This document shows positions 25,638-36,603 of a DNA stretch of 64,000 nucleotides, piece after piece; the first letter of the stretch is position 1; each line of letters begins with the position of its first letter. A model generated the notes under the pieces. It did not search any database. It had not been told where the DNA came from and worked only from the letters and a program-made list of their open reading frames with translations. A program made the translations under genes and the position numbers. Source of the DNA: Gordius albopunctatus (taxonomy: Eukaryota); assembly GCA_964276515.1 (NCBI GenBank), contig OZ193909.1, forward strand, positions 6,448,001 to 6,512,000. The letters run 5' to 3'.

Positions 25638-27056
25638 TCATTTCCATGGTAGTTTATAGGGGGCTTCTTCTATTTGAGGCACTTGATGCCCAAAAGCTGC
25701 TAAGGGATACAAGTTTTTTTGCTTATCACTGATGTCATTTATAATTTCTAAACACTCTACGTCATATATAGAAGGCCAGTGAGAGGGCCTGGGATATTTA
25801 GTAGTAAAATTATTATCTTCTAAACCCATTTTAAGTTCATTTTGGTTTTTAGGAGACCTGGATATATTTGTATCAATTTCTTGAATCCTAATATCAGCGG
25901 TAGAATGTCGTGTTCGAGCATTATCTTTGGAGAGAGTAGGAATTACATTATGCGTAGATTTACGTTTAAGGGTTGTTGATGCAGTTCCAGAATCTTCCAT
26001 TAATTTTCTCCATTCCCTGTCCCTCTTCTTGTATTCACGCTCAATTGTTTCATATTTTTCATGATATCTTGTGTATGCTTCATCTGAAACATTTTCTTCT
26101 ATATAACTAATCTCCCCCATCCTACTAGTGGTACCATCTTACAAGATAAATTTCAATTATACATTATTATAATATGATTATGCAAAAGATGTTTTAAAAT
26201 AAAATAAAATATTAGTTATATGTTAAAAACCTTATTGTCATGATAACATTAAGAAATGTTTATAAATTTACCTGATACCATATTTTGCTTTTGTGTCTTC
26301 TTTCTTTCCCTATTATTTGCTTTCTGTCCATCATCCATAAAATCCTTAACAATGGACCATTTTGGGTCAGGTATATTTTTTGAATTTTTGTATCTATATG
26401 TGTTAAAATTTTAAAAATGCCAAATTATATCCAAGCAGACTTTAAGATTAATCAACTTTATTCATAAAATATGCATTAAACATTTTAATTTTTATGTTAG
26501 CCTAAAAGGCCAATTTTACAAGACTCAAACATTTTTAAGTATACGTATATTTATTATAAAACATAGCAACATTATATTATAGAATTAAAACACACCTTAT
26601 TTCATTAGTATCCATATCACGAAAGATATAATCAGCATTTATAAATTGTTTGTATGGCATATAAGTATAAATATTTGAATCATGAGCTTGATAGTTGTTA
26701 TGATATGGTTCAAAATGAGCAGTAACTATAGGTATAGAATTAATTTCATTTAATTGATCTTCGCTATTTTCCTTTATATTTTCATTATATTTAATTTTTG
26801 ATAAAGGATCAATTGAGGGTAGAGAATTTTTCGAAATGATTATTTCCTTAGGGACAATATTTGAAGGCATCTTAAAATATTTGTTCTTTTTTTGATTACT
26901 TGAGGCTTTCTTGTTTGATTGTATTCTTTTACATTTATTCAATTTTTGGGAACTTTTACCTAAATATTTATTTTTATGCTTGTCTATTTTTTTAATATTA
27001 TGAAGCTTCAACTGAGAACTTATTGGAGTTCCATTATTTAACCTACTATTTGCCAT
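25638..27056 (-). CDS. MSL1: Male-specific lethal 1-like protein (PEHE domain), 360 aa from 3 exons. An optional upstream mini-exon 27199-27224 adds MISKCNYNC in frame
   Basis: Exons 26596-27056, 26272-26393 and 25638-26137 (1083 nt, GT-AG, in frame). IPDPKW...ENVSDEAYTRYHEKYETIEREYKKRD matches the PEHE motif. WPSIYDVECLEI...PLAAFGHQVPQIEEAPYKLPW matches the recalled MSL1 C-terminus (FFPEPDDVESL..LPVVAFGRPLP..FELPW). Confidence 0.8.
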
Positions 27057-29582
27057 GCTTATAAAAGTTAAGCTTTAAAGCTTGAATCTAACGGCTTAAT
27101 TAAACAATTCTTGTCATACAGCTGTTATTATAAAAAGCATGTATTAGTCTTGACGTAACAAAACATTTTAAAAAATTGCTAAATTGTTTAAACTTTACCA
27201 GTTGTAGTTACATTTAGATATCATTTTAAGTGAATAATTTTTTATTATAAGATTTTGCAGCTTGTGCAATAAAATCTAAGAGACTTTTAGCAATGGAAAA
27301 AATTAGAAAAAGTGCCCGGTCTCGTCACGGACATTTTTAAAAATTGGCCGGCATCGAGAACGAAAGTGTTTTCCTTATAATTTTATAAGCATAATATAGT
27401 TAATTTAATTGTGTATTTTTATTTTTGCAGTGTTTAAATTTTGTCTCGGGCTCAAAAGCAAAATTTTGCCTCATCATGGGTGCGATGGGAATCTCGATCT
27501 AGTCTTGTCTCGGTCTAATAAAACGCTAGTTTTGACGAGATTTCTCGACTTTTTTAGACGTTTTAAAAAGGTTAACTAATTAGAATTTTCTCCCCCACTC
27601 CTTGAAATTTGAAGAAAAAAATTTCTTAATAAATAAATTAAATAAGTTAATTTATTATAGTTAATATGCATAAGAGATTTTAAGACACTTATAACAACCT
27701 AGAAAGATAATATATACGTTTCATTTTTTAAGTTTTTTTACAAAAGGCTGACATCCACCATTATAATATTTCCGATTATTATTATCAGACCCTCGTATGC
27801 CTAGTAATTAGCTAACTAAGCGATTAAGTTTAATATAGTAATCAATTTCATACATATTTAAATTGTTATAAATATTATAGTTAATTTTAAAGTTGTTAAT
27901 TGAGCATATATAGACATAACATATGCATAAACAAAACTAATGGTTTAGTATCCTATCCTATATGTACAAAATTTTTGACTCTTTCGGATTAATAATATCT
28001 AGATGATACCCTGAATTTTTTCAGTGATATAGATAAAAACGTCCACCTATAGCTACAATGATGTAGGTTAGTGGCGTAGCAAATGCCCCCTCCTCCTAGC
28101 AAAAATTAATAAAAAAATTTTGATTTAAATAAGATTTTAAATGTATTAAAAGTATTTATTGACTAATAAAAGACTAAGAAATATACCTTTTATTTTTAAA
28201 TTAATTTTTCGGCAAAAGGAATTTAGCAAAAGTTTAAGAATATCTGCATTTTTTATAGTGCCCGTAGGGTTGCATTGACTCATTTACATGACCTTAGCTT
28301 CGCGACGTTAATTGACTCATTCACATTACCTTACTACTTCGCGACGCTAATTGACCAATCAAATATACCTCGCGGATTCAACACTAAATGTTAATGGTTT
28401 TAATGTATTAAATTAATCCGCGATTATATAAAGGAGTTTAACACACTTCGTACTCACTTACTTTTCTCACAAACGATTAACTTTAATTGGATATACAATA
28501 AAGTAATTATTACTTTATCCTTCTGGTATCTACTTTCCGAAAGTGCCTACTGAAAATGAATGGCTTGTTAAGTGGGATACTTTGCGTGAAATATATTAAA
28601 AATTTTCTGAATAAGGATCTACTTTTTTTCTAATGCTTTCATTTCTGGCAAACATGTTTTAAAATGTTGTTAAATCTGTTGTTTTTTTTTGATAACATTT
28701 TATCGCCATTTAAAACCATAATTTTGAAACGCTTTCGAGTCGGGTTCTGGTTCAAAAATTCAAAACGCTTTCGGGTTCGGGTTTAAAAATTTTAAAAGCT
28801 TTCGGGTCGGGTTGGGGTTGGAAAAAGTGACTTTGCAGGGCTCTACTTTGACCACACTTTTTTGTCTTTCCAACACCTGCATCAATGATCGTAGTTTTTA
28901 AAATAGTTCAAGACATCGATTGAATGAATTGGTAATATTAATAAATCATCGGTAATGCTCCTACTTTAGGTGTAATCTCAAAAAGACAATCGCTGTGCAA
29001 ATGAAAAATCAAATGGCTATTTATTATGACGTTCCACATTCTATACACAGAATTAATACTTTTTGATCATATTTGTCCAATTTTTCCTGCCAGAACCCAT
29101 CAGGGTCTTATAACTAAATTGCGTGCCAGGGCCCGCCCAAACCCTTCTAATAGTCCGATCGACTATGCTCAAGTCAATACAGCTGTACGAACTGCCGGGT
29201 CCAAAATAAATTTCAAGTATTGATTTTGTCTTATTTTTTAATTGATCTAATTCTTAAATGTTTTTAATAAAAAAGTGACAAAAAAATAATAAACTATATA
29301 AAAGACCCATTAAGCGTACATTGCCCTAATCTTGTTATGGTGCCCGTCCGTGCCTACCTGAGAATCTAAATTTACGACGGTTTCTCGCTTAGCCCCTTGG
29401 CCAAGAGGGTCCGGCAGTGTGTTTAATTTTTATTTTTTATTACTATAGAAAATTTTTTACAGCTTTCCCCTTTGAAGAAATCCTTGCTACGCGCCTGGAA
29501 AGTGCAAATTAAAAATAGATTAATAAACTTGAAGCACAAGTAGTTATATTATTTGTTTTTAGCAATTTATTACATTTGTATT

Positions 29583-29734
29583 CATGGGCGTAGCCAGAGG
29601 GGGGCAGGGAGGGGCGGCTGCCCCCCCCCCTCTAAATCCAAAAATTTGTTGAAATTTGTTTCAAAAGAGGATCATTTCGCCCTTCCCTAAATCACTAGTG
29701 CCCCCCTCTAATCCTAATGCTGGCTACGCCCATG
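29583..29734. mobile_element. hAT-type MITE, CATGGGCGTAGCCA family
   Basis: Perfect 14-bp TIR and perfect 8-bp TSD TTTGTATT. Confidence 0.9.
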
Positions 29735-29819
29735 TTTGTATTAATGCCAAAGTTGTAACTAAGCTTAATATGTGCGAATTTTTAAATGTATATGTCTATT
29801 TAAAATTGACAGATAAAAT

Positions 29820-30314
29820 AAAATTTTTTGAAAAATATATTTTTAAAAATTATTTTACCATGTTAATATAAAATGCATTAGATTGTTTTTACACGTATTT
29901 ACAACTAGGATAAGTTTGAAATAAAAATTTTTTCACTCGCTATAATTTATTCGGTAACAAAAAAAAATCTTTTGAAATATTTACTTATCTTATTTCTAAA
30001 GTTGTAACAGCTACTATAAATCTATTTAAATACTAGAATAAGATTTGCAATTCAGGTCAGTTATATTATAATAGACAAAGGAAAAAGCTAAAGTTTGGAA
30101 GCTACCTAATGTACGCTGTGCGAAAAATAATTATCTAATATCGAATTTTAAAGATTAATTTGTTTTAGTTCAATTCGGTCCGGGCTCGGGCCTTGGGTCG
30201 GGCCGCCACATCAGGCCCGACCCGAGCCCCGATTTTATTACAAAATTTTGCCCGAGCCCGGCCCAAAACCTGATTGGGCATGGTCGGGTTTCGGGCGGCC
30301 CGTGCAGAGCTCTA
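29820..30314. mobile_element. Partial inverted copy of the hAT MITE at 56606-57260
   Basis: 29830-30180 is the reverse complement of about 56690-57110. Ends GTGCAGAGCTCTA. Confidence 0.8.
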
Positions 30315-31163
30315 CCAACACCACCTTAGCCAATATTCGTTAATCATGCCCGCTGTAATGAAGTGGCAAGGGTTGAATCAAACTAAGAGACGTCTTTATT
30401 AAATAAAGATTGTATAATATTTGTTAATCCTAGTTCTTACCCAAAAAAGAAATTTGAATAAAATATTTTGTAAAATATAGCGAATTTACTGCTTTAATTA
30501 AAAAAATCATCATTTCGGGCCGAGCAGATCTAATAATTGGGTCATGGTCGTGCGGGCACTTATAAGGTTCGGGCGGGTAGTTTAGTCATAAAATCAAAAC
30601 GAGCCGGGTTCGGGCAAATTTTTTTAAAACAAATCTGAACTCTAGTTGGTACCGATAAGATCATCAGGAGTAGTAGGATATTTGAGGGTATTGTCTGTGG
30701 GATTGATTTAATTGAAATATATAGGATTGTATTAATTTGTGCTTGAAAAAAACTATATGGTTATAAGACCTCCATGTTGCGAAAAGTTTAACACTCTCCA
30801 GGCATGGTCAAATAGGATAAACCGCAGATTTGCTGTTATTCTCCCACCCCCTTCCATACAAACAATTAATATTTTCCTCTTATTCACTTTCTACTTTAAC
30901 GTCAGCCATTCACCAACAGCACACAGAACTTGAGTCAAATGAACAAGGAGGCTGGAAGATGTGTCAATTCATATAAGTTATTAAGGGAAGGGATGATATA
31001 AAAGAAGGAAAAAAGCTCTGTCACATCATAATTATAACAAGTTTAATGGGCAAATTTCCAGTCCAGTGCAATAACCGCAAAATTAAAGATATAATAAAAA
31101 TATTATACTAATAAGAGTTATAATAATAAGTAGATAAATACACTTTGAAATTTTTATATTATA

Positions 31164-31805
31164 CTAGATGAACCCGGCAAACGTTTTTTTGCCATTTACC
31201 CGGGTGTATTAAATTATGTTGGAATTTTAGGGCATATATGATGATAAAGCGGTTATTGAAGTAAAAATAAAGTTTGATGTCTGTATGATTAACATTTTAT
31301 TAAATGATTGCCGCATTTTACAGTATCCTGTAAGACGTCATATGACGTATTTATTAAATGGCAATTTTATTAAATAAGTGCCGCATTTTACAGTATCCCG
31401 TATGAAAGGCTCCGACTATTTGTAGATTATCGGGAAGGAAAAAATGGCATTTTATTAAACGTCTTAACATTATTAAATTTGATTATTGTCACAATTAAAA
31501 AAAATGATGACATTTTATTATAAATTATTTATATTTTTGCATTTTGCAGTATCACTGTATAACGTCATGAAATTGCGTATTATTGACATCTTATTAAGTG
31601 ATTGCCGCATTTTACAGTATCCCGTATGACGTCTTTATTAAGTGCCAAAATGTATAAAACAAAAAAACCCTGACCCCTCGAAAACTATTGGACAGATTTG
31701 GCTCGAACAAATTTTAAAACATGCTTAGGAGTGTCAGGAATAAACTGTGAAATTTAGAGCCATTTGTGGCGGCATACACACATAGTTTTATTTTTATATA
31801 TAAGA
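31164..31805 (-). mobile_element. Non-autonomous Helitron A (first of the tandem array)
   Basis: 3' CTAG and hairpin shared with the 9989 element. Internal GCCGCATTTTACAGTATCC repeats. 5' TC at 31805. Confidence 0.8.
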
Positions 31806-31807
31806 TA

Positions 31808-34349
31808 CTAGCTGTGCCCAGCCAAGCGTTGCTTTGGCTCAGTCTTTAAGTGGTTAAATAAGTATGACCTATTAATAAGACTTATCTAAAATGGAGTCAT
31901 ATATGAAATAATAATTCAAATAAATAAAATATCCATAATATTTATTTAGAGCACGAATTTTATCACCTGATGGATTTTATGAACCCACTATTTTTAGTGT
32001 ATATATTGTCGTGTCCTCACAAAATTTACGGTTCTCTCCTCCCTGAACCCCCCACCGCACTGCTATACACACGCGTTTTAATACCGTACTTATTCGATTA
32101 AACCCCCCTACCCGTACTTATATTCACAAAGGTTGTAAAATTGCGTAGCGCATACACCCCCCCCCCCCCGCGTTATACTTATCGCGGATACCCTTTTTTG
32201 ATCGTACACGCGTTAATTAATATAGCTCGTATCTTTAAAACTTAGAATAGATATAACATCTGCGGTACTGATTTTAATAGTATTTATGTCTACACAATCT
32301 CCCCTCTCTGGCCTTACTACTTCATATGGGGTACTTTTACTTTTCATTTTAATTTCCAGTAGGGATTTGTTCCACTTACTTTTATTATTGCTATCCACAC
32401 GCATCAGTAAACAACGCCCTAGATGGGATAATATTTTTTATGTATTTTTCACTTATTTTCTCGAATTCTGGAAAAACCCTTTTGTTTGTTGGCATAAAAT
32501 AAATCTTTAATCATTATACAAAATATATAATAAGACAAACCAATTCACTTATGATAATTTGCCTGACTTATTTATTTCTTATTTATATTGTGCACCGTTG
32601 ATCAATTTCAGCGTCGCCCATGAAATATATTTAAAGAAAGCCATGGGCAGCATCAGGTACAGCGAGAAGGGACCCTATTATGTGGTAAATTTGCCCTTGT
32701 ACTCTAAACGTGGGCATGAAACCACCATCATTAATAATGCGCGTTGCTCCAAACGATGGCATTTGAAAGCAAGCGTTGTATTGGCAAATGTGTTCGAGAA
32801 AGTTTTTGGACACATGAGTAGCCCCAGAAACATAACATAATAGCGGTTCCGGTGGCTCTTCCAGAGGTGATAAATTGACCTTCCCATTCAAACAACACAT
32901 TCCACCCGGTTCTGTGCGGAACCGTAGAGCCTGACAATGTACACACAGTGTATCCATTCTGCCAATTGTGACGGAAGGATGAAGTCTGTAATCATACGCC
33001 GAATCATACGCGAAAGCGGCTAAGGTTAAATTGGCTCCCGAGCTATTTCGTGTAAGCCTGTCTCGGTTCCGAAGGTCGGCCAGCCGAGCTTTGCGCTTTT
33101 CGCCAGTTTCAGCTGCTCTCGACGTGGAGGCTCGGTTCCGAAGGTCGGCTAGCCGGGCGTTGCGCTTTCCGGCAGTTTCAGCTGTTCTCGATGTGGAGAA
33201 TCGGTTCCGAAGGTCGGCCAGCCGGGCGTTGCGCTTTCCGGCAGTTTCAGCTGCTCTGGTCTTCTTTGCGGTTTTTGTAGTACGTAGAATTTTTGTTAAA
33301 GTTTTTTTTCCGCAGAGGCATAGGAGGCTATTGTTTATAATAGGGAACAGCAAAAGTAAAATAAAAATCTTTTAGCATTTGGGGGCGGGGTGTGCTTAAA
33401 ACAAAATAGTATTAAATTAGGTACCCGATTTTAGACTTAGAACCATTGTAACGACAAAATTAGTTAAGTAAGTTATTAAATTAAGCTACCATAGAAATGT
33501 TTATATTTAAATGGGTGTCCTTCCGTTGTATTACATGTCAAAGCTTCCACAAAATGGCATTAACATGTAGATGAGATGGCGAATGTCAGTAAGAAATGAA
33601 GGTCGATTCGATATAAGCATGTTTCTACTTCTCATTATTGTGAAAGGAAACAAAAAGCGTTAAAGTAAATGTGTAACGATATACATTTAGAACCCTACTA
33701 AAAATAATGATGCTTACTTAAGTAACAACACAACATAATTGCGTGTTTCTACTTCTCATTATGGTGAAAGGAAACAAAAAACGTTAAAGTAAATGTGTAA
33801 CGATATACATTTAGAACCCTACTAAAAATAATGATGCTTACTTAAGTAACAACACAACATAATTTCTTTAATTCTTGCCCTTTAAATTATAACATGAAAT
33901 TTTACAATATAAATAAGAAATAAATAAGTCAGACAAATTATCATAAGTGAATTGGTTTGTCTTATTATATATACACTAAAAATAGTGGGTTCATAAAATC
34001 CATGACGTGATAAAATTCGTGCCCCATTGCAATATATAAAATGTATAAGTCTAATTTTTATTTTTAATAATATTAAATTATTCCTATAAATAAATAATAC
34101 ATATTTCTACTTATATTCTAACTTTCCTGACGTCATTATTGTATATGATGCTATAAATTAAACTGGCCGGGAAATGTGCGATATTTTTAAAACTAAAAAG
34201 AATTTTAGGATTCTGAAAAAGCTATTTTACCCCTTGCCGCCTTGGGCATCTACGGTTAAATTTTCACGCGAATCGGGCCTGTAGTTTCAGAATTTAGCCC
34301 TTACATACATACAAACATATATACATAGACTTTACTTTATATATATAGA
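31808..34349 (-). mobile_element. Helitron B carrying a Rep-helicase N-terminal remnant (STPR-like repeats plus Cys module, ORF 32631-33353)
   Basis: 3' CTAG with hairpin GCCAAGCGTTGCTTTGGC at 31808-31840. 5' TC at 34349. 23-aa repeats AAETAGKRNARLADLRNRASTSR. Includes a 124-bp tandem duplication at 33620-33864. Confidence 0.85.
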
Positions 34350-35200
34350 CTAGCTGTGCCCGGCCAAGCGTTGCTTTGGCTCAGTCCTTAAGTGGTTAAA
34401 TAAGTATAACCTATTAATAAGACTTATCTAAAATGGGGTCATATATGAAATAATGTGAAAGGTCAGAATGCTAATGCAAATAAATATCCATAATATTTAT
34501 TTAAGAGCGATATAAAATATTTATTAATAATCCATAAGATTATATAAGCATTAAAATATAAAAAGCTTATATTCTATCTCATCATCTCCGATAAAATATA
34601 GTTGTAGGAACTTATGTTGCCCTTCTGGCAATGGAAGGAGGGAGCCGGCTTTATGATAAATTTGGCCTTTTACCTTGAATGTAGGCATGAATTGTGTGGT
34701 TACAACATCAGCGCCAAACGACGTCATTTGGAAACAGGAGCTGTATTTCCTGATGTTAGATAGAAAATGTTTAGAATCAGTTGTATAACCAGCCAGCAAT
34801 GTTTGTAATGGCTCAGGCGGTTCTGCAAGGTGAGGCAGTTTAACTTTTCCGGCTGCGCAACACATTCCAGTGGTTTCTCCAGCAAATTTCAAGGCATTGC
34901 AATGAGGACACACAATAGACATAGTACCAATGAGAACATGGCGACGTAAACTTTCAATATTAGATGGGTAAGAAAATGCTAGGCGGTTGCCTGCGGGTAA
35001 TGACTGAGCACGTGCGGGTGGCTGAGGCAGAGTTGTATACTGTTGTAGTTCATCTTCAAGCCCAAGAGTACGCACTCTACGCATTCGATTCGCATTTCGT
35101 GTCCTCCGTCCAATCGATTTTCTTTTGGGGCGCATGAATCTAAAGTGGATATACCAAGAAAATTAAAAATACATAAATAGGTCGAATTTTTTTTTAAAGT
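34350..35200 (-). mobile_element. Helitron C with an uninterrupted 194-aa N-terminal Rep-helicase-like ORF (34551-35135); 5' end not located
   Basis: Same 3' end as Helitron B. MRPKRKS..CPHCNALKF..MCCAAGKV..FQMTSFG..GQIYHKAGSLLP..KFLQLYF. Confidence 0.8.
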
Positions 35201-35449
35201 AAAACTTGTTTTTATTAAATGAAACTTTGTATGCTAAAAAATTACTAAATTCCCTATGTATTAAAAACATTCAATAGTATTTTACAAAGATAAGTTTAAA
35301 GTTTGAAGTTTTAATAAAATATGGTTAAAAAGATATAACAAATTTAAATGTGGGGTAAAAAATATCATAGAAATGCTCTTAGTTTGGAATGATTAAATTA
35401 AATATATAACATGTTAGAATAAATATTTCTAATATAAAATTGTTAAGGT

Positions 35450-36140
35450 TACTTGAACAGCAGTGATTTCAGTTGTTTTTAATGCATGATGTGTTGTATT
35501 CTTGGGTTTAGACTTTTCAGAAATATAAGGCAACATATGGAGAAATTATTTGTAATATCTTGAAGTGGGCTGGCTAAAGAATTCATTGTAGTTCTTTTAG
35601 CTGGTGGTTTCTTCTATATTATAGTGATTAAATGTGTAACTTAAATCAATTACCTTTTGGAGATGATTTGGGAAAGCCAAAATAGTAGGTATTGCACCTT
35701 CTCTACGCTGCTTGTATTTATTTACAGTAGGATAAAATGAGTCGGTGGTGAAATGTGCAGAGAGAATTCATTGTAGTTCTTTTAGCTGGTGGTTTCTTCT
35801 ATATTATAGTGATTAAATGTGTAACTTAAATCAATTACCTTTTGGAGATGATCTGGTAAATAAAAAATAGTAGGTATTGCACCTTCTCTAAGCTGCTTGT
35901 ATTTATTTACAGTAGGATAAAATGAGTCGGTGGTGAAATGTGCACAGAGAATTCATTGTAGTTCTTTTAGCTGGTGGTTTCTTCTATATTATAGTGATTA
36001 AATGTGTAACTTAAATCAATTACCTTTTGGAGATGATCTGGTAAATAAAAAATAGTAGGTATTGCACCTTCTCTAAGCTGCTTGTATTTATTTACAGTAG
36101 GATAAAATGAGTCGGTGGTGAAATGTGCACAGCAAAGTAC
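35450..36140 (-). pseudogene. THAP-domain (P-element-like) remnant with a triplicated 185-bp exon-intron-exon unit
   Basis: LCCAHF..QLREGAIPTIF is the THAP C-terminal motif. Units at 35581, 35766 and 35951 each contain a 40-nt GT-AG intron. Confidence 0.75.
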
Positions 36141-36603
36141 AGAGTGTAAAAATAATAAAAAACTAAAGAGAAAACAAAATTTTAGGCTAAATATATATAG
36201 CAATTGAGACTTAGAGAATTTAAATTATTATAACAATATTTTCACGTCAAACGTTTAGATACGTAAACCTTTAACAGAGAATGCTTCTTTTTTATATTAT
36301 AAAATTTTTGATGTTCTACGGTTTTTAATTATTTAGTTGTAAAAAATAACCCAAAGGTGAATAAAAATAGTGAAATATGTGACAAAAGATTAGTAGAAAA
36401 ACATTTAAAACTATGAGCACAACTCTAACATAAAATAATCATCGAGATAAGCGTTGTAACTGATGTCCGCTAGATGGCGCCAACCAAATTAAAAAACATG
36501 GTTCCCGCTGTCGTAGTGTGATAAAAAGTGTTTACAAACCATCTACAATGCTAAGGCAATAATCTGGCCAAATTTGGTGGCAATCGGTTGAACATTTTAA
36601 TTT

